Below, one piece after another: positions 1-11,800 of a stretch of DNA of 64,000 nt. The position numbers were made by a program, and so were the translations under genes. Numbering within the stretch: position 1 is the stretch's first letter; every line of letters starts with the position of its first letter. Location of the stretch: positions 7,192,001 through 7,256,000 of the forward strand of contig NC_135762.1 of NCBI RefSeq assembly GCF_052425735.1, read 5' to 3'. This DNA comes from Oculina patagonica. Taxonomy: Eukaryota. The notes under the pieces were generated by a model that saw nothing but the letters and a program-made list of their open reading frames with translations, was not told the DNA's origin and did no database searches.

Positions 1-24
1 GTGTGAATGCTTTACATTGCTTAC

Positions 25-2936
25 CAGTTTTAACAATCAGTTGCACCTCAGTCTCCACATGAACGAACTCGCTCCGTGCAGAGCAGATATAGGTTCCACT
101 ATCTTTAGCCGTCAAACTGTTTATCTTCAGTTGTCCCCCTTGCACTTGAGAGCGTTCCTCTGGTATGTTTCCTTTGCATCGTGTCCACGTGATGCTGGGT
201 ACTGGGTGTCCGTCTGCGGAACAGTTCAGTGTGACTGACTGTCCGTGGTAAAGTTCTATCTTGTCTGGCGGCTTGACAGTAAACTGAGGCACTACGTTGA
301 CTATCAGAGCTGTCTTGGCGTACGATGTACCCATGGTGTTGGTAGCAGTACAGATGTACGTTCCTGCGTCTTTCTTGTCCGTCTTTGTTATGGTCAAGGT
401 TTGACCTTGGAAGGTGGCTCTGCTACCGGGAAATTGATCGAAGAGTTTGGTCCAAGATATCACCGGAGGGGGATATCCGATGATCCGGCACTTAGGGAGC
501 TTGACATCTTTTCCGCTCTCGGCGTATATCGGTCCAGCAGGAAGGGAGATCAGAGGACGAGCTGCGCACGAGAAAAATATTATTTTAATTTTGTGTATAC
601 AGTAGCAGATTAGTACTCATAATAAGATTGCTATACTTAAATAATATTCAAGTAAATAAAACTGACTGTTGATAGAAGAACTTTCCAATTCAGAAAACCA
701 TAGTTTAAAACATGCATTCTACATGTCGTCTGGCCCAAGCTTGCAGCTTATCATACTTTTTCATGTGCAGTTATTTCTAAATTAAAGAGTATAAATGGAA
801 GCCCACGTGATCACTTTCCAATAATTATAACAAAAAATAGGCGCGTGAAAAAACGAGGAAATTTGTTATTGGCAATAAGGTCTGTTGATGAACGATCAGG
901 TTCGATCGAGATCTTTTATACTTGGTGTTTTTAAACAAGTTAAAACTTGTTTTTATTTTTTCTACTAAGAAAGTCGAAACTTCAGTTTATTTACCTTGGA
1001 CGTTGAGCGTCACAGAAGCCTGTGCGGTCCCCTGATCAGTACGAATTGTACACACGTACATTCCATTATCACCGACTGTCGCATTCTTGATATAAAGTGT
1101 TCCATTGATGATGGAATATCGTCCGGCGGGCAGGGAACCATCTTCTTTGGACCACGACACTGTCGCGTCAACATTTCGCTTCGGAGAACACTTGAACACG
1201 GCGGACTGATCCAGGGCAGCGGTCCTTACTGCCGGCATAACGATAATCCCAGGGGCGGAAATAACATCCCCCGCCTGCCCACTAAATGGCTGCAGGGAAG
1301 TCGGAGTCAGTGAGGTGGGATCTCCAGGATCATCTTTTTGGCCCTTTATCCCGGGGGGTCCGATAGGGCCCCGTGGTCCTTGTGGTCCAATCTTTCCCGG
1401 TGGCCCCTCTGGTCCTTGTGGTCCAGGAGGTCCCTGCACACAAATCTGACTTTTGCTAGTGCAGATCTTTTGCGTTGCTGCGTGGACGGATTTTGTGATT
1501 TGTTCTTGTATTTCTGGAGCTAAAACGCCATTGTCTGCTTTGGACGATTCAGCATCTCGCGGATTCCGTTTTTGAGCTGAAGAACTGGTTGTGTTAACAT
1601 AAGAGACGGGAATGTCTAAAAAAAAAAGGAGTAAATACTGTTATGCTACCTCGATCGTCGACTTAAAATTTGTGAAATACAGGACTGTTTGTTCTTGCTG
1701 GGGATAAATGACGCCTTTCAACTTCTTTTGTATTATAAGAAGATAACAACATAAAAATCGAGATGGCTTAAGTTTTTTATTTTTATATTTCACACTTATG
1801 GAGGGTAAACCTGCGCTCAGAAAGACAGAACCATAAGAAACTTCACTCAAAATAATGAAAGGCCTCGGGCGGAAATTGCCGTTTTGCTCGGACACCCTAA
1901 GTGAGACCAAAAAATCCGCCCTTAGTGAGACGACTAGCATCTCCACCTCTTGCATATGGAAGCCCCTCACCGGGAATTTTTGATGCTCGCTTATCGCGAG
2001 GTTTTCCATCTTTGCTTGTTTACACGAAAATTCCAATGGAACAAGGTTGAAGTGTTTTTTGAGTCTCGACCGATAAATCAAATAGGACAAAAAGGCGATT
2101 GTCTAAAACAATGTTTCAGATCCACGATCCTAACTGCTTCAAAGCAAACACAGTCCAGAATCCAACCTCGCCAAAATTATCAAACGATAAGCAATCCACT
2201 GTATTTTCAACATCTGCATATCTGATTATCGTAGAATTCCGCAATCCGTGATCATTTTAAGGTGAAATCCGTTAATCCGCGAGCCTATTCACCCCCTCCC
2301 ATACACCCTCTCAATAATGTTTAAATTCTTTATGGCTTCTTTTAAGGCTTAGTTTTCGCCACGTATTTTCCCTAAATAATCCAAGATTGTCGCTATTATA
2401 TTATGTAAGGTTAGGACATCGACCGCGAGCTGCAGATAAATGTACGTGTCAGCACAGGCATAAAGGTGAATTAATGTTAATCGGACTCGCGTGTGGTGTT
2501 TTTTCGCGTTCCTGGGCCGTATTAAGCGTTTTTGTTTTATGTTACGTTCGGCCGAAGGCCGGTAAGAGGAGAAAAGAAGATGCACTCGACTAGATTAATT
2601 CCCAGAATTCCTGGTCGTCATTTTTAGCCGCGCCTGAATATCTCGTTTATATTTAAAAGCCGAATCAAAAAAGTCGTTAATGATGAAAAACAAGCCATCC
2701 AACTTACCTTCATTCAAGGATTTGAAAACTGGAACTGTTGTTGTCTTTTGCTGGTTTTCTTCTAGAGCCAGAATTCTCTCATTGTGAGCTTTTAACTCAT
2801 ATGCTAGTCTCATAAAACCAACGCTGTAGAAAACCACGCTGATTAAAGTCATAAAACAACAAAAACCCACGAGAAGGCGAGAAGATCCGCTACTGCCAGC
2901 ACTCGTCATTGTGTATGGTACAGTAGTGTCTAACAT
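25..2936 (-). CDS. CniFL-like type II TM-collagen-3xIg(-FReD) protein, copy A (partial; FReD exon expected beyond the left window edge)
   Basis: Exons 2936-2708 (229 nt; [24 protein letters not shown] plus coiled coil), 1615-995 (621 nt; KRNPR, C-x6-C, 11 Gly-X-Y triplets, Ig1) and 561-25 (537 nt; Ig2+Ig3). GT-AG boundaries, all phase 1. Exon 2 and 3 lengths equal those of copies B and D. Confidence 0.88.
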
Positions 2937-3325
2937 CTGGGGAAATCTTTGCCCAGCTTTAGCAATTTATGAAGCCAAAAGAAAAGTAGCATATATTGGC
3001 TTTTTGTCAAAACAAATTGAAAGCTTGCCTTCGATTCGTGTTTCAGAGTTGTTTCAGAGGCATTTTAGAGGTGTTTCGGAGGAGTTTTAGCGGGAGAAAA
3101 ATGTCGCTTGCCGTAACCTGCTGCTCTCACTGCCAAAAAAAATAAATACTGAGGTTCATTAGTTTACACATATATCAGGTTTTACGGGAGCTGTAAATTA
3201 TTGATATGCTGTTTTGAACTGGCAAATCTTGGCCTTTTTTAGACGGAACAAGACCGTCGCTCACAGTCAAAAATTTAGCGTTATTTTTATACTTTAGGCA
3301 TTAAGGGTCATGAAGGAGTCAGTTT

Positions 3326-3743
3326 GAGCCTCTCTATGGGTATTTCCGAAAAAATCAAAGACGCGAAGATCACCGCGGAAAAAACGAAGATTTCAAGATT
3401 GAAGCGAAGATCTGAAGTTGCCCAAAGTTCGCGTGATCAAATTGAACACTCAGATGTAAAACTGCAAAACTCGTAAACACAACAGAAAATATATGTAATT
3501 TCTGAATTTTGGCATTTGACAACAATTTACTGCGATTTCTTCGACAACAGTGGTTTCCAGTCACTGCTGCGAAACCTCATGAAGCCATTACAAGGCTGAA
3601 AACGAAAACTGCGAATTACACTGAATAAACGTTCAAACCGTTTCAATCCGTAAAACGAATATTTGCTTATAAAAAACGAATATTTGCAAAAAAAAAAAAA
3701 ATTGAAAAGAAAACGAAGACCGTGGGTACCCATAGAGAGGCTC
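3326..3743. mobile_element. MITE with GAG..CTC termini and 6-bp TSD
   Basis: 17-bp perfect TIR GAGCCTCTCTATGGGTA; TSD CAGTTT (3320-3325 / 3744-3749); empty paralogous site at ~37120-37130. Confidence 0.85.
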
Positions 3744-5434
3744 CAGTTTCTTATGTTGTTGAAATGGTTTTACTTGAGCCTGTACGCTGTACTGATTTCT
3801 CGTCGACGCACCCGTGCTAGAATTTGGGACGATTCCTTAACCGTTTATTTCCAATAGAATATAAGCACATTCAAATGAAAATGATACCGCTGTTGTAAAG
3901 CACCTATAAAAACTAACTTAAATTTTGAGCCCAGAAAAAAAAAAAACAGTTGAGGCATGTTTGCTTTTTCCGCAGCTCAAATACATATTTTTTTCTTAAT
4001 CTTCTATAATATCGGTAAATTTATAATAAAATCAAAAAACTTAAGGCATGAATAAAGAAAGTCATTGTCAACTCGGGAACTTGTTAAAAAAACACTCCGG
4101 ATTCTACGAGTTGGCATGAAAAAGCGTGGCGCCGGAGATTGATCAGTAAGGAACTGATCATATTTTGTGCTACAGGAACATGAGGGTTAACGTTACATCC
4201 GCTTCATTCGTTTAAGATTCGTTTAAGACTACTCTCTGTTACGGAAGTCTTCAGCGTATCGATAATAAATAGTTCACAGTAAATGAAACACTTTTTGTCG
4301 TATATTGTTGGGAGCTTAACTTTTTTTTTGTTCTCAGTCTTGGTTGCTGAAAGCGCTAAGTACCAATTTTAAAGAATCAGTTCCCCTTTTTACATGTTAT
4401 GCATTTCTTTAAATGTCAGTTCAGAGGATTTGGTGGCACGGCATCTTTATTGGTAAGAACTAGTGGATCTGAGGCCACTCCCGAGCATATTTAAAGCTTT
4501 GCAAGACATTGTTTTTTAAAATACTAATCATTATTCAGTGATAAAAAATATAAAAATGGAAGTCACCCGAGCTCGTTTGTGAGTTATAAGCACTTCGAGC
4601 TGAAATTAAGGGCGTTTTGGCACGTTAAAAGATGGCCATAACTTGTTTGCCAATGGTTAGGCATTCATTTCATGCCATTCTTTTAGCATCATCTGACATA
4701 GCGCCGGATAATATCGATCCAACAAAGCTCAACTGCTCAAAACCATTTCCACTTCCAAACCACTTACACTACCACACTGTAGTAGGATACATTGTAAATA
4801 CATCATTTTTATTGGAGCATTTTTATTTCGTGCTTGACATCATTATGCATCTGCCTGGAGATGTTGTTCAGGGAAGTGGGCACTTGATGTGCTCACTTCC
4901 GCAAAGTTTACACAAATAAAAATGTCGTCAACTAATCTATGTGCAAAATATATATATAATGTATATGAAACAAAACGCTCCTTCCTAGTATTGTAGAACA
5001 AACTGCTTACACTGCATGCTGATATTCGAGTTGCTTACACTCTCTAAAGTGATTATTAAAACATTTCCATTGCACAACCAAGGAGATGTTTTAGTTTTCG
5101 ACGAGCTGTTTAAACCAAGGCGCAAAATAAAGAATTGCAATAAAGAATGACTTTTAAATTCGTATCTTAGACGAATATATCATACTATGACATTAATATT
5201 TTCAAGCAGAAATTCAACCAACATCGTCTCCAGGGCGCTATCCTCTTCAATTATGTAAGACGGCAAAGACTCCCGGGACAGGGTTGCTAGCTGGCAAACG
5301 TGAACAACAAAGATTATGGTTGTTGACTATCGAAAACGATAGTTCAAAACAGCTACGAATTCCAAGTCCTACTAGCAAGAAAAAAATGTGGAATGGAAAT
5401 TTAATTTTAATTTTTATTATTTATCCTTGTTTAA

Positions 5435-5832
5435 AGGAGCTGTATCACGGATTTTAGCTAAATTGAGCCATAGGCTACGGCCATCAAATCCGGTGAAATA
5501 CGAGAATAACCGCTCAAAATTAAACAGTGAAGGAACATTCCAATAACACAGCAATTAAAGAAAAGAAGGTACGGATGGCCAAAAGTGAGGAAGATTGAAA
5601 CGGATTGCGATAAGGGTTTTTAAAATAATGTTGGGCTGAACAGTTTTCAAAGTTAATCTCGTTTGCTTGTAACTTTAAATGATAACACCTGGAAGACATA
5701 TTTGGTTGTAACAAAGCTATGGTTTTGTCATTTGGATCCACAGAAGTTATTTCTTCGCAAACATTAAGTCTCATAACGAGTGTTTGGCAAAACGTAATAA
5801 AATTAACTTAACTAAGCCATGACACAGTCCCT
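5435..5832. mobile_element. TTAA-flanked MITE (Kolobok-like) just 3' of the copy B stop codon
   Basis: TTAA|AGGAGCTGTATCA ... TGACACAGTCCCT|TTAA; the same family occurs inverted at 62749-63154. Confidence 0.7.
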
Positions 5833-5870
5833 TTAAAAGTGTTTTATCCTGGAAAAAATAAATGCATTGA

Positions 5871-8800
5871 TCATGGAGATTTTGGTTTGAGTTTCATCTC
5901 ACTTCCCTTGAGAAACCAGTTCCACTGATAATAACTGTTGTCATAGTTACCATTAAGAAGAGAATCGCCACAGGAGTTATACCACCAAGCTCCTCTGTTA
6001 TTTATAGCACAGTTGCTACTGGTCTTGTCGTTATCCCGATCCTTGGTAGAGAAAGACATGCCGTTATAATACTTTAGCTTATCCGTTGCTGAGCCAGAAT
6101 AGAAACCAACAAACAGCGTGTAGTTAGATGCCTCGTTAGTGACCGTAAAATTACTGTATTTAGCGTATTTATTTCCACTGGATGTTGTGTTGATTTCCAC
6201 TCGCAGCTGACTCGGAATCTCAGTCAGTTGATGAATCTTTTCATTTCCAAGCCAAAATTCTCCTCTGAGGTCACCGAACCCGTTCTTGTACTCGTCCCAA
6301 CCCCTGAAGAATCCAACGAACCCACTGAAGCGTTTGTGAAAGACAGTCCATCCACCACCATCCGTCTTCATGTCACAGTAGACTTCAAAACTGGTTTTGT
6401 TTGTTGGGTTCACTGTGTACACTCCACTCTTCTTGAAACCAGCAGAAAACAGCTCGGCGCAATCTCGGCCTGAGGAAATAAATTGCTTTAATTAATGATA
6501 GAAGTGAATCTTTTATCTTTTTTGCCTTGCCCAACTCAGTTGCGAATAAATATTTAGAACCTGCATTACGAGAAATGTATAGCTGCAATAAGTTCACGAG
6601 CTCTATGACAACCTACAAACGCTAGGTACCCCTTTTCTCATAGCCGCAAAAGACTAGTAACTTTAATAACAAAGAAAGAAGCAAAGATAAAGGGTTGAAA
6701 GAAAGATATCAAGAAAGAGAGAGAGAAAGACTCACTGTACAGAGGCAGAAAGACAGAGATAGAATAAAACCTGTCAAACCTGAACAAACAAGATGAAAAT
6801 GACATTATTATAATTAAATGTTTTAAATCAGTTTCGAGTTTGATAATAATATCATACTTAGCAACCAATTCTTCGTTAGGAGACACACATGCATAAAAAA
6901 ATAAGTAATCAACCTCGCTTACCAGTTTTTACAATCAGTTGCACCTCAGTCTCCACTTGAACAAACTCGCTCCGTGCAGAGCAGATATACGTTCCACTGT
7001 CTTTAGCCGTCAAACTGTTTATCTTCAGTTGTCCACCTTCCACTTGCGAGCGTTCCTCTGGTATGTTTCCTTTGCATCGTGTCCACGTGATGCTGGGTAC
7101 TGGGTGTCCGTCTGCGGAACAGTTCAGTGTGACTGTCTGTCCATGATAAAGTTCTATCTTGTCTGGCGGCTTGACTGTAAACTGAGGCACCACGTTGACT
7201 ATCAGAGCTGTCATGGCGTGCGATGTACCCATGACGTTGGTAGCAGTACAGATGTATGTTCCTGCGTCTTTCTTGTCTGTCTTTGTTATGGTCAAGGTCT
7301 GACCTTGGACAGTCGCTCTTCCACTGGGAAGTTGATCAAAGAGTTTGGTCCAAGATACCACCGGAGGGGGATATCCGATGACCTGGCACTTAGGGAGCTT
7401 GACATCTTTCCCGCTCTCGGCGTATATCGGTCCAGCGGGAAGAGATATCAGAGGGCGTGCTGGCAAGAGAAAGTTATTATTTTAATTAATCGGGCGTGGC
7501 CGATTTATAGTTTACCCTTTGGTCGTCCTAGACGATAGTCTCCTGTCGGGTAAAAATGACGGGGATAGCCTGGGCCAATCGGTTTCATTTCAGTTTTGAC
7601 AGTAAATCGTTGTAGGAACACTGGGTCGACTTTTGGGCTAATCTGCAATCTGGTTCTCTTCTTTGCTTCGGCGGGAGGACAGAGAAAAAAGCTTAAGGGG
7701 TAAAGTACTAATAATCACCATTGTGAAACTGTAGTTGCTTTGACAAGTTGAAGCTATTTTTGTAAATAAAAGGGGTAACGTCATTCATGTCACGCAATGT
7801 TTTTGTGGGAAACTTTGAAACTAGACGCTTTGCTGGTTTCTACAAATAGCAGTGTGATCTGGCGGTACATTTTTTTGAGGCGGACTCCACTTTAAAACTA
7901 TTTTTTATATATTTAGCAAGAAGTATGTCGATTTTCATTTCCGCACAGTTGGGCGTCAAAGTCGCCTGTCACAAAGAGTAGAATGTTTGCAGAACATGGT
8001 TTGGATATATTTTAGATTTGACTAGTGACGTTAGTAAGACACTTCTCAAGACGTCAGCAAAACATTGGTAATGTACAGTATTGGTGTGAACTTGAATGGA
8101 ATTTTTTACGAGATCAGTAAAGCTATCGAATGAAAAGATGACTTGAAAATGAAAACTTCGAATAATTATAATTAAATACCAATTGAATTTTAGATGAGAA
8201 ATTCCGGAAGTGACATCTGTGTTCAAAATAGGAATTTTTGTACAACTTAAAGTTCCGAAATAAAAGACCACATGTTTTGTAAAAATCACAGACAAACATG
8301 ATCAGGAAAACAAAACAGGCCAATGGGTTTTATTCACGAAAATACAACTTTCTTAAGAAAGAGTTTGTAAACAAGACAATGGAATCGAATTACATTTCAC
8401 ACGCAATTTGCATACATTTGAACTTGCAAAAAAGAAGTATCTCTGCCGAGACATAATAGCGAGACCTTACATTAATAATTATTGTATTCTGATCTGATTG
8501 TTATTTTTTATGCATTAACTATTTGAAAGTGGTTCTCATCGATGAAAACAAAACGGTTTTTCATTCACTGCTTGAAGTATTTATAGACGTGAAAACATTC
8601 GCTTAATCGAATTACATTCTGCACGAAATATTTTGTATCCATTTGTCCCGAAACTTTGAGGAAATTGAAATCTTTGTGGACAGTACTGCATAAAAGCAGT
8701 TCATAGAATTGAATAAAAAGATAAGAACCATATTGACAAAGGAAATTTTAAAACTTTATTTTGGCTCATTTTGACGAAATTCAGGATTTTCAAAGACTGC

Positions 8801-11800
8801 CAGTAAACGGCTGTATCTTGTCTGTCTCTAACGATTTTGCTACGGTTTCGAACGAGCTAATTTTTCAACATGATATCATGGTAGCGGGCAGAAGTCGGTT
8901 CGTTCTGAATTTTTCAATACGGTATACAAGTTACAGGTCAATATACAGACCTCTGTACAGTAAAAAACGTTTTGGGAACAAACCATTGTGAACTTATTTT
9001 CTATGTTGATCAGTAAAAATCCTTAGTACGACATGGGGTTTGTTATCAAGTTCGTTAGTACGTTAATACTGCAAGGTGTATAACCTCAGAGAATTATTAT
9101 CAAGTGTGTTTTGTTTTATTAGCGGTTTATACTCTAAGGTCTTGGTATGGGAGATCAAAATTAAGGCAAATTTCTGTTATTATCTGATTGCTTGGCACAG
9201 ATTAGTACGATACTGAATTGGTTAGGAAATGTAAACAAACATTAAATTGAATGAGAGTAGAAAGGGAGGGACAGGTGGGGGTGAAAGGAGATGGAAAGGG
9301 AGGGAGAATTAAAATCCATGCTTGGTTATATCACGGCAACCTTTGACTTCTGTTGTTTTCTCACAAGAACAAAACTTAAGGTGGGGTTCTACCTGAATTT
9401 GAATAGAACATTAAGAGATTTAAAGAAGGGATTGAAGAAAAGAATGGAAACACCTCCAAACAGTTGACCCCCTCGCAAGAGCACTCCGGGTTGTCAGGAG
9501 ACTGTTTGGTGTCCGTCCACCAATTTTTAACTTCAAATTCAAATTTTAAAATCACATTAAATCTCCAATATTTCTTATTTGTCTAAATTTTACTAATCCT
9601 TTGAGAAAAACTATCGCCTCCCAGACATCCCACAAAATCGTCCAAAAATTAACAAAATACTGCAAAACAAATATATATGGGATAAGTAAAGTTTTTTTGG
9701 ATTCCTTGAAACGCGGCTGAAATGGTTTTCAGTGTTTTCCAGCCCTTATACTTTGGGTCAGTACTACTATTCTTCACCAGTTGCTATTACAGTAATGGTA
9801 TGAAACAAATACCTAATCATTGGTCAATAAGTTGTGATCATTTTCTTGACAATAGTAGTTACCTGATTAGGAGTTGTTAGACTTGCCACAAGTCGCTCGT
9901 TTTTTCTTTGCATCTATAGTTACATAAATAAAATCGCTTTGAAATCAAGCACGAAAGACCACTTGAATAAAATCGCCTTTGTAATCGCGCGGGATTCATT
10001 TCTGTGAACGCGCACGCGAAGGAAAACAAATGACACTTGCCGAGGAATGGCTCGAAACGAGCGACTTGTGTCACTTGCAGGAAATCGATTCTAGCTGACG
10101 TTTTTTGCCGCGAAAATATTGCATCATTTCGTGTGCATTGAGTTGGTTTCTTTTATCGTGTTGACGTCAGTTTCGTGCGCCGTGTGCAGCTGACGTACGC
10201 TGTGGCGTGTGTTAAAATTGCGATTATGATTTTCTTCCCTTTTTGTGGAAAATCGTACTCAAGTCATTTGATGGCTCTCTCATTTCTGTAAGATTTAAAA
10301 GGGGCAGGCACAAAAGAAGAGTCTGTTCAAGAGGTAAAAAGTTAAACGCAAGCTTGTTTCACGAGCAGCGCGCGCTAAGTTGGCAAGCAGAGCGCGCTCA
10401 GTAAGGTCGCGCGCAATAATATGATTGACATAATCGCGATGGCGTCACCGGTAGAAAAATCCACCGGTGACGCCACATTTCAGAATTGGCGCGCTGCAGG
10501 TGAGACAAATCGCTCGTTCTGCCACGATCCTCCGCCATTTTGTTTCTCATATCTGCGCGCGCCCTCCCTTTCCGTATCCAGCGGTCTCCTGCGAATCTAA
10601 CGAGCGACTTGGAGCAAGTCTAAGGAGTTGTATACTGTTCCATTAAAGTGTAAGGGCTGCAAAATACTGAAATGCGTCAGCCACCTAAAGTGTTGAAAAA
10701 AGTGGTCTTCAGGTAAAAACCCCGCCTTTATTAAGTATTGCGAAAAGGCTGCACTTTGCTAAGTGTTACAAATTTATATTTTCTAGACGTCTAGTTCAAT
10801 CGTTTATTTGTATTGTGCGAAATATATTTTTATAAATTGCGACCATTATGTCATTAAGTAATAATGCAACCTTGAAAACATTCCAGATTTTCATTATTAA
10901 ATAAAAACACGAAAAATTCAAATTTGGGAAAACAAGCCTGTCAAAATGACGTTGCATGGTGATTTCAAGTTACTGGCACAATAACTAATCCTACCAAATT
11001 ATTGCGAGATAAATTTTAGATAAACGCGCAAACTTTGGCAGCGTTTGGTTGAATCTTGAAAAAGTTATAAGCGTCCAAAGTCAGCGCGGGCCTCAAAAGC
11101 CCCCACCCCCCCCCCCCCAGGCCTGAATAGGTTTAAGTGACTGTTTTTCCAGTGATTTTTACTGTACTGTACCCTGCCTTTCAAGTCAAAACAGATAGCT
11201 AATTATTAAGCGCCCGATTTTAAGCTTCTCAAGCTTCTCAAGCTTCTTGTTTTTTGTATAAAACAATATATAGTATAGCAGATAATGTTCATAATTACAT
11301 TGTTATACTTAAATAAAATGCAAGAAAATTTTTAACATTTTTTATGTGCAATTATTTCCAAATTAAGGTCATTGCTCAGAATTGCATTGCCCATCCTTTT
11401 TGCGGAAGATTTTTTTACCTAATCGTACCTTTTTGGTACGCTTCGGCGGCATATCAGGCGAGTTTGGTCGAGCCATGGTTCGTATTTTGGCGAGACGCAG
11501 TCGAGCCAAAATACCCATGGCGAGACCAAACTCGCCTGATATGCCGCCGAAGCGTACCAAAAAGGTACGATTAGGTATTTACCGTACCCAAATACAGCCA
11601 AAAATCCGGTTATATTTTTTGTTTTGTTTAAGGCATGCTTGCCATGTGCGTAATACAAATTGTGTTGACCTGCTTGTATTGATACTGTTTTGGTCTTCGA
11701 CACTGTTAACAAGTTCCTCTTCTGCCTTTTTTTCTGCTCGTTTGTTTGGCGTTTCATTCTCTAAATTTTTGTAATCCAAACTTAGCGAAAAATGTGGAAA

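Noticed and set aside
1641-2090. 149-aa ORF with a paralogous match at 35301-35695
   Set aside because: Intronic duplicated sequence; the frame is broken in the paralogue and no domain is recognisable.
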